A stretch of DNA of 64,000 nucleotides from Phycisphaerae bacterium (GTDB lineage: Bacteria; Planctomycetota; Phycisphaerae; UBA1845; Fen-1342): NCBI GenBank assembly GCA_963675745.2, contig CAXXWX010000028.1, positions 64,001-128,000 on the forward strand, given 5' to 3'. Both the position numbers and the translations under genes were made by a program. Positions 57,574 through 64,000 of this stretch are shown here, piece by piece. The notes under the pieces are model-generated. The model was not told where the DNA came from. It saw only the letters and a program-made list of their open reading frames with translations, and did no database searches. Position 1 is the first letter of the stretch. Every line of letters starts with the position of its first letter.

Positions 57574-59771
57574 AAACACACACGCGTGACGCATCCGAAC
57601 GGCACCTGGTCTACGGGCTGAATGTAACCGTCAGCATCGTGCTTGCCATCGCGATCCTGGTCGCCGCGTTGCTGCTCGGCGGTGAGTACCGCACGCAGTT
57701 CGACTGGACTCGCAGCGGGCGCAACAGCCTCAGCCCGCGCACGCTCAAGCTGCTCGGCGGCCTCGACCAGAACATCACCATCACCGCTATCTACCCAATC
57801 CGCACGGAGAGTGCCGAGCTGGATCAGCGACGTCAGGACGCCGTGCGCGACCTGCTCGAGCTGTACGAAGGGGCCGGGGGCGGACACGTCAAGGCCGAGC
57901 TGTTCGATCCGCTGAAAAAGCCGGGGAAGGTCACGGCGCTCGAAGAGCGCCTGAGCCAGAAGCCGGCCTATCGTGACGAGGCAACAGCACACCGCGAGGC
58001 GCTGGAGCAATTCGCGCGGTTTGCCGAACAGGTGCGCGCCACGGTCGGGAACACGGTGCAGCAATTGCAGTCGCTCTCCGAGCAGAACCCGGCGTTGGCG
58101 CAGAGCCGCGAATGTCAGATCATCGGGATGAACCTCCAGCATGTGCTCGGCGAACTGGACAAGACCTCCGGGGCGGTCGCGGAGTACAGCGCCGAGGCGA
58201 TCCCGCGCTACGGCCGAGCCGTCGGCATCGTGAAGAGCTTCCTGACACTGGCGCAAGCGTCGGTGGACGAGGCGCGGCGCTGGCTTTTGGGCGAGATCGG
58301 ACAACTGCCCCAGGTCGATCGCGCCACGCTGGCTGAGTTTGCCGAAACCAGCAAGCAGTGCCAGACGTTGCTCGACGAGCAGGCGACACTTCAGAAGCTG
58401 CTCGATGACCTGCCGAAGCTCAAGCTGGAGGAGATGTATGAGGCGCTGCGGCGTCGCACCGACTTACCCCCAGTGCTCGTCGAAACCGAATCAGAGGCCC
58501 ACGTCGTAACCTTCGATGACGTCTGGGCCTACCGGATGGACCAGAATGCCCCCGCAGGTACCGGCCCCGATCCGTCGCGGGATTTCGTCGGCGAGGCGGC
58601 GGTCTCGTCGGCAATCTTGCGGCTGACCCAGAAGGAAAAGACCGGCGTCATCTTCGTGCGCTGGGGGGGGAGTCCGCTGCTCACGCCGGACTTCTCCAAT
58701 TTCAACCCGAACATGCGCCGCATGCCGACAGCGCCATACCAGGCGTTGAACGCGTACCTGCAGCGTGCCAACTTCGAGACCGCCGAGTGGAACGTCAAGG
58801 AAACCAAGGAACCTCCGGCGCTGGAGGACGTCGCGCGCACGATTTACGTCGTGTTCGCCCCGGTGCCACCACAGCAACCCAACCCGATGCAACCGCCGAC
58901 CGAGCCGGGCATCAGCGAAGCCGACAAACAGCTTGTCCTTGACGCGATCGGTCAGAGCGGGATGGCGGTATTCATGTCGCGCTGGCAGGCCCCGCTCTCG
59001 CCTTACATGCCGATGGCGCGCACGTATGAGTACGCCGACTACTTGAAAGACAAGTGGGGCATCGACGTTAAGTACTCGTACGTGGCGATGCCCTTCGCCC
59101 CTTCGCCTGACAAGCCGGATCTGTGGGTGCCGGCGATGCGCGATCAGAGCAGTGTATTGCTGCTGACCTCACCGATCCTGCGCGTAACCGATCACCCGAT
59201 AGGCGCACCGCTGAAATCCGAGCCGATCGCCTTCTGGATGACGACGCCAATCGAGATCGTCACCGGCGAGGGTAAGCCGGAGGGCGTCAACGTCGACGTG
59301 GTCGCCGAGGTGCGCGAGACAGAGCGCGTCTGGGCGTTTGAGAACATCCAGGCGCTGGAGGCCGACTTCCGTGAGAAGAACGGCACCGCGCCGAAGGACT
59401 CCGATATCCTCGCGCCGTTCCCCGTCGCTGTTGCCGCCACCAACGGGGCCGGCGGCAAGCTGGTCGTGTTTGCCTCCGAGCAGTTTCCCGCTGACAACCT
59501 GACGCAGGCCAGCCAACTGGCCCTTGCCGGCGGTGGCCTGGTTGCCTACCTGCTCTATCCCGGCAACACCGACCTATTCGTGAACTCGCTGCACTGGCTG
59601 ACCGGCGACGCCGACCGCATCGCCGTCGGACCGCGCAAGGGTGCCCTGCCCCGGCTCGACAAGCTGGCGGATGGCTTTGCAACGCAATTCTGTCAGGTAT
59701 TCATCGTGGGAATCTGGCCCGGTATCGCGCTGCTGGCCGGCGGCGCGGCCTGGCTGATTCGGCGGAGGTAG
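57564..59771 (+). CDS. GldG-like ABC-type auxiliary component with helical insertion
   Basis: N-terminal TM, FDWTRSGRNSLSPRTLKLL, GEAAVSSAILRL, NTDLFVNSLHWL, C-terminal TM ending WLIRRR. Start 57564 or 57570. Confidence 0.82.
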   Translation: MAVKTHTRDASERHLVYGLNVTVSIVLAIAILVAALLLGGEYRTQFDWTRSGRNSLSPRTLKLLGGLDQNITITAIYPIRTESAELDQRRQDAVRDLLELYEGAGGGHVKAELFDPLKKPGKVTALEERLSQKPAYRDEATAHREALEQFARFAEQVRATVGNTVQQLQSLSEQNPALAQSRECQIIGMNLQHVLGELDKTSGAVAEYSAEAIPRYGRAVGIVKSFLTLAQASVDEARRWLLGEIGQLPQVDRATLAEFAETSKQCQTLLDEQATLQKLLDDLPKLKLEEMYEALRRRTDLPPVLVETESEAHVVTFDDVWAYRMDQNAPAGTGPDPSRDFVGEAAVSSAILRLTQKEKTGVIFVRWGGSPLLTPDFSNFNPNMRRMPTAPYQALNAYLQRANFETAEWNVKETKEPPALEDVARTIYVVFAPVPPQQPNPMQPPTEPGISEADKQLVLDAIGQSGMAVFMSRWQAPLSPYMPMARTYEYADYLKDKWGIDVKYSYVAMPFAPSPDKPDLWVPAMRDQSSVLLLTSPILRVTDHPIGAPLKSEPIAFWMTTPIEIVTGEGKPEGVNVDVVAEVRETERVWAFENIQALEADFREKNGTAPKDSDILAPFPVAVAATNGAGGKLVVFASEQFPADNLTQASQLALAGGGLVAYLLYPGNTDLFVNSLHWLTGDADRIAVGPRKGALPRLDKLADGFATQFCQVFIVGIWPGIALLAGGAAWLIRRR

Positions 59772-59777
59772 CACGGG

Positions 59778-62129
59778 ATGAGTTTCCGCACGACCATCAT
59801 CCTGGTGGTTCTACTGGCGGTTCTGGGCGGCATCTATCTGCTGGTTCCCAAGCCCGAATCCACAGACCAGGGCAACGCAACTGAGCCAAGGACCGGCACA
59901 ACAGAGCGTGCGTTTGTCTTCGACCCCCGGCCGGAGGTCAAGAACCTCGTCCGCATCGACGTGCAGCGCGCCGGCAAGCCCGCGCTGCTCTTTGAACGCC
60001 CGCTGCTGGCCGACGGCACACCGGACACCGAAGCCTGGCAGATGCGCACCCCGCTGGACGTGGCCACCGATCGCTGGCGCGTTGATGAGATCGGTCGCAC
60101 GTTTGGGCAACTGCGCTTGCGCGGCCGGGTCGCGGCCGACGGCGGCGGCGGAATCACACCTGCCGACGCCGGCCTCGAACCCCCGCGCGCGACCGTAACG
60201 TTGACAGACAAGGATGGTCAGGCATACGTGCTTGACGTGGGCGGCCCCGTCGCGCTCAGCGATGACACCTATGTACGCCGTGCCGGCGATTCCGAGATCC
60301 TGGTTGCGGCGCGCGACCTGTCAAAGGAACTCGACCGCGAACTGCACGAATATCGCTCAAAGACGGTCCTGGAAATCGACCCCGCCGAAATGGTGCGCGT
60401 CGAATTTGCGAGCGATGACCAGAACTACAAATTCGTGAAAAACGAGACGGTGGGTTGGGTCATCGAGGCACCGATCCGCGGATTCGCCGACGAAAAGGCG
60501 CTGGCTGACTCGCTGCACGATCTGGCCAACCTGCGCGCGGTGTCGTTTGTCGAGCTGAAGGCGGATGCGCCGGTGTGCGGCTTTGATGATCCCTACGTGG
60601 CTGTGCGGGTAACCACCGAAAAGCAGCAGCCGATTGTCGTTGAAGACGCCGATCCTGCCGAGACGCAGCCGACCGAACCGGAGTTTGAGACAGTCAGGGA
60701 GACCGTCGGGCTGGTCATCGGCGCAACCGTCGATCTCGAAGGCGAGAACCGTTACGCCCATCTGGCCGACCAAACGTGGGTCTTCACCGTCACCAGCGCT
60801 CTGGCGAACAAGCTCAAACCCGCCTTTTCCAAGCTGCGCGACCACCGAGTGACCCGCCTGGCCGAGAATGACATCACACAGATCAATATCACGACCGGCG
60901 ACCAGACCGTGGTGCTCGAACGCAGCGACGGAGCCTGGCGGGGATCGGGGGCCATCGATGAGATTGACGAAGCCACGGTAGCCGAGTTGGTCAAGACGCT
61001 CGCGGGGCTGCAAGCCATCGACTTCGTCGACAACCCCGACGCGCTCAGCGACTACGGGTTGGACAGCCCCCGCGCTACGCTGGATATACAAGCCCGTTCA
61101 CTGCCTTCGCCGTTGCGGCTGAAGATCGGCGCGGCTTCGAGCAGCGGGCGCAACACGTTCGTGCAGGTTGCCGGGCGCGACAGCGTGCTGGTGGTCGCCG
61201 CTTCGGGCGCCGACAAGATCGCGCTGACGCCGCTCGACCTGCGCTCGCGCCAGGTCCTCGATCTCAGCGACAAGCACATCAAGCGCATCGAGCTTACGCG
61301 CGACACTCAGCGTTACGTGCTGGTTCAGACCGATGGCCAGTGGCAGTTTGAGACGCCGGCCGGTGCTCCGGTTGATGCGGCCGGTATTCGCTCGCTCACG
61401 ACCAACCTGGCGGCGCTGCGGGCACAGCGCGTGCTGGCGCCCGACGCGGCTACCGCGGCCGCGTTGCAGACGCCCAACGTTGTGGTGCACATCGAGGGCG
61501 ACGCGCCGACGACGCAGCCGGCGGATGCGGTGGGCCCCGCCGCCGTCGCCGGCTTCAGCCACACGCTGACGGTCGCGTTTCCGGGCACAACGATCTTGTG
61601 CCAACGCGATGACGATCCGTACATTTATGAGCTGGAGGCCACGCTGGCCCTAACGCTGCGCCAGGAGCTGATCGACCGCAGACTGTTCGATTTCACCGTC
61701 GATGACGTGCGTGATTTCAAGGTTGAGGCGCCCGATGGCACACTGCACCTGGTGCGCAAGGGTATCGACTGGACCTATCCGGCCGACCCCTACCTCAAGC
61801 TGTGGCGCAAGAAGATCCGTGACTTTCTCAAGGAGTTGGCGGAGATGCGCGTCGAGCGTTACCTCCAATATTCGGATGCGGATGCCGAGTCTGTCGGCAT
61901 GGCGGACGCCGCGGTGACCGTGACGATCGGCCTGGATGGTGACGAGACCATCACGCTCAAGATCGACCAGCACCAGCGCGGCGCGCTGCCGCGCCTGGCG
62001 CTGTGGCCGGAAGCCCACCGGACATTCATGTTGCGTGCGGCGGACGCCGAGAGACTGCTGCGGTCGGTCGATGCCTACGTTCAGCCTGAGAATGCCCCCG
62101 ACACCGCGCCGGACGGCCAGGCGCCATAG
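59778..62129 (+). CDS. DUF4340 repeat protein
   Basis: N-terminal anchor; repeated W..(P)..D..LxxLxA..F...GLxxP modules (AGLEPP, CGFDDP, YGLDSP); typical position after GldG. Confidence 0.82.
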   Translation: MSFRTTIILVVLLAVLGGIYLLVPKPESTDQGNATEPRTGTTERAFVFDPRPEVKNLVRIDVQRAGKPALLFERPLLADGTPDTEAWQMRTPLDVATDRWRVDEIGRTFGQLRLRGRVAADGGGGITPADAGLEPPRATVTLTDKDGQAYVLDVGGPVALSDDTYVRRAGDSEILVAARDLSKELDRELHEYRSKTVLEIDPAEMVRVEFASDDQNYKFVKNETVGWVIEAPIRGFADEKALADSLHDLANLRAVSFVELKADAPVCGFDDPYVAVRVTTEKQQPIVVEDADPAETQPTEPEFETVRETVGLVIGATVDLEGENRYAHLADQTWVFTVTSALANKLKPAFSKLRDHRVTRLAENDITQINITTGDQTVVLERSDGAWRGSGAIDEIDEATVAELVKTLAGLQAIDFVDNPDALSDYGLDSPRATLDIQARSLPSPLRLKIGAASSSGRNTFVQVAGRDSVLVVAASGADKIALTPLDLRSRQVLDLSDKHIKRIELTRDTQRYVLVQTDGQWQFETPAGAPVDAAGIRSLTTNLAALRAQRVLAPDAATAAALQTPNVVVHIEGDAPTTQPADAVGPAAVAGFSHTLTVAFPGTTILCQRDDDPYIYELEATLALTLRQELIDRRLFDFTVDDVRDFKVEAPDGTLHLVRKGIDWTYPADPYLKLWRKKIRDFLKELAEMRVERYLQYSDADAESVGMADAAVTVTIGLDGDETITLKIDQHQRGALPRLALWPEAHRTFMLRAADAERLLRSVDAYVQPENAPDTAPDGQAP

Positions 62130-62241
62130 CCAGGCATCCAAGACGAGGCCACCCAGGTAGCGTGCGGCTTGCCGCACCGCTGTCGTTACGCGCGCGGAAC
62201 GCGACTCGCCACTCCAGACATTGCGCGCGAACTCCCCCCGA

Positions 62242-63144
62242 TCATTCAGCCAGCAGTTGCTGACCGCCGATGGCCGCGAGCAGTGCGTCGCGATTCTGGT
62301 CCCAGCACTGCGGTCCCGGCAGCTTCTTGGGCAATTCGAGCGTAATAACCGGGTAGCGCTGGTCGATGCCGGCCCAACTGCCAAAACTGCCGGGCGTTGG
62401 ATAACCGATGCTCGCCTTTGGTGGGTAACGGTTATGGCGGCTCATGATTTCCGCCAACTGGCGTGCCGGGCCGTCATAGTTGTTGCACTCGCGACCGCGC
62501 GTGATCGAGTGAATCGAGATGATTGCGCGCGGTTGCAGCATGTTGACCACCCGGATCAGGGCACGCGTCTCCGGTTCACTGCCGGCGCTCGCCCCGCCGT
62601 GGCTGCTGCGCGCCGCGGATACCGACCAGTTTCGTGCGGGGAAATTGCGGTTGCAGTCCACGCCCCGAGCGTTACCGCGCTCCCCCGCCGCCAAACCGTC
62701 CGGATTGGCCGACGGGATGATCGCCACATTCAGTGCCAGTTGACTGGCGGCACCTTCCCGCAGATACCGGACCAGCGCGTCGGCTACCTCGGCACTGTTG
62801 CGCTCATCGCCGTGAATGCCGCCGAATACCAGCACCGGGCGTGGCCCGCTGCCAAAGCGGTGCATCCGAATCGGACGTCCGTGGATTGAGTGGCCGATGA
62901 CCGTGACCTGCTCGCGAACGAGCGGGCGGCTGGAGATGTACGGCTGGCGAGAAGTCGGTGTGCGAACGGGCACGTCAGATCGGCGCGCCTGCGGTGCAGG
63001 TCGGCGAGCCTGCGGTGATGGTGGCCGGTGTTGCTGTTGACATCCGCTCATTGATGCACAACCCAGTAGAAAAGCGAACGCGACAGTTGTTCGCCACCGC
63101 GCTCTCCATCCGAGTAATCGTACCGTTCGTTTGTGCATCGCCAT
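62242..63144 (-). CDS. mpaA: M14 zinc carboxypeptidase, murein peptide amidase A (MpaA)-like, with lipoprotein signal
   Basis: IGHSIHGRPI, GGIHGDE, NPDG, RGNARGVDCNRNFP, SEPET, ISIHS, GYPTPGSFGSW, ITLELP. Start uncertain. Confidence 0.85.
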   Translation of the reverse strand: MAMHKRTVRLLGWRARWRTTVAFAFLLGCASMSGCQQQHRPPSPQARRPAPQARRSDVPVRTPTSRQPYISSRPLVREQVTVIGHSIHGRPIRMHRFGSGPRPVLVFGGIHGDERNSAEVADALVRYLREGAASQLALNVAIIPSANPDGLAAGERGNARGVDCNRNFPARNWSVSAARSSHGGASAGSEPETRALIRVVNMLQPRAIISIHSITRGRECNNYDGPARQLAEIMSRHNRYPPKASIGYPTPGSFGSWAGIDQRYPVITLELPKKLPGPQCWDQNRDALLAAIGGQQLLAE

Positions 63145-63325
63145 GCAATCCCGTGTCTGAAGTGCAAGGTTCTCTCCCGCAGCCGGCGCGCCGCGCGCGG
63201 CCGCAACCAGCGCGGCCGCGCCGCCGTGCTCGTCGGGACCGGGTTTTAACCGACACCCCTCGCAAAATCCAGTTGGATGCGGTGCTGGCAGGTCACAATA
63301 GGCGGTGGCGATGGTTCCAGCGCGC

Positions 63326-63376
63326 AAAACGACGGTAAGAACACCTCACCCGGCGGACGAGGCGTTCCTACCGTCG
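63326..63376 (-). terminator. Probable intrinsic terminator after the PEP-CTERM gene
   Basis: Long imperfect stem CGACGGTAAGAACACCTC / GAGGCGTTCCTACCGTCG followed by TTTT on the minus strand. Confidence 0.6.
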
Positions 63377-63406
63377 TCATTTAGTTCAATGCCCTGCCGC
63401 AGACGA

Positions 63407-64000
63407 TTAACGGCGGCGCAACGCCAATGCGCCGAGGCAAAGCAGCAGCAAGCTGGCGGGCTCGGGCGTCAAGGAGGCGTTGTCAATCCACGAGCCACCG
63501 CCACCGGCCCCACCATTATCGACGTTGCCGAAGCGTACCACGACCGGCAGGCCGAGTTCGTCACCGGCGGTGCCCGTCGTGTAGCTGACGCCGGCCATCT
63601 CGGACCAGGCGCCGCCGGCACCCTTGCCGGAGGCGACGCACAGATTGACGGCGAGCTCGACAAAGTTGTCAGCGATGCTGTCGCCGCCGGACAGGTAACC
63701 GATCTGATAAGGAACGGTCACATCCTCGCCGCCGCCACCGACCAACCAGCTCGTAAATGCGTAGTCCATTTCGGGCTCGAAGACCAGCGTGGAGACCTGC
63801 CCCATTATCTCGGCCGTGTTATTGCTGTAGAAAATGAAATTGAGGCCGAGCGTGCCGTTGTTTGGTGCCGGGAAACCGGCGTGGTCCGCCCAGCCGCCGC
63901 CTGTCACGCGCCAGCCTTCGGCGGTCGAGAACATCGCGCCGGGCTGGTACTCCATGTCCGCGTTGTAGAGGTTCGCGCTCGCCGAAGCGACCAATACCAA
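63407..64000 (-). CDS. PEP-CTERM exosortase-target surface protein (5'-partial)
   Basis: C-terminus TPEPASLLLLCLGALALRRR; the signal-peptide end (LVASASA) lies at the window edge. Confidence 0.92.
   Translation of the reverse strand: MVLVASASANLYNADMEYQPGAMFSTAEGWRVTGGGWADHAGFPAPNNGTLGLNFIFYSNNTAEIMGQVSTLVFEPEMDYAFTSWLVGGGGEDVTVPYQIGYLSGGDSIADNFVELAVNLCVASGKGAGGAWSEMAGVSYTTGTAGDELGLPVVVRFGNVDNGGAGGGGSWIDNASLTPEPASLLLLCLGALALRRR

Overview
GC-rich chromosomal region with about 50 CDS. It most likely comes from a Planctomycetota (Phycisphaerae-like) bacterium, inferred from two prepilin/DUF1559-type proteins, a C-terminal dockerin-like domain, a PEP-CTERM protein and TQP linker motifs. It carries housekeeping genes (miaA, addAB, gpsA, mfd, guaA, infA, an ABC-F ATPase) and a TPR-Wza-tandem cyclophilin surface locus. 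Other loci are an arsR-arsP-thioredoxin-ccdA operon, nfnAB, a bcd-thl-hbd-crt operon, a GldA/F/G-DUF4340 ABC locus and a collagen-like lipoprotein. I saw no rRNA, tRNA, CRISPR array, transposase or prophage. The most notable observations are: (1) a dispersed GTAG-REP/REPIN family at about 9 intergenic loci, one copy doubling as a terminator; (2) a tandem cyclophilin lipoprotein lacking the catalytic Arg in both domains, next to Wza; (3) a PIP-synthase-like gene followed by a glycosyltransferase/radical-SAM pair; (4) an apparently leaderless arsR with a perfect 16-bp palindrome; (5) a J-domain/MoxR pair; (6) short tandem repeats, one with G-quadruplex potential. All calls come from motif recognition by eye; no searches were run.
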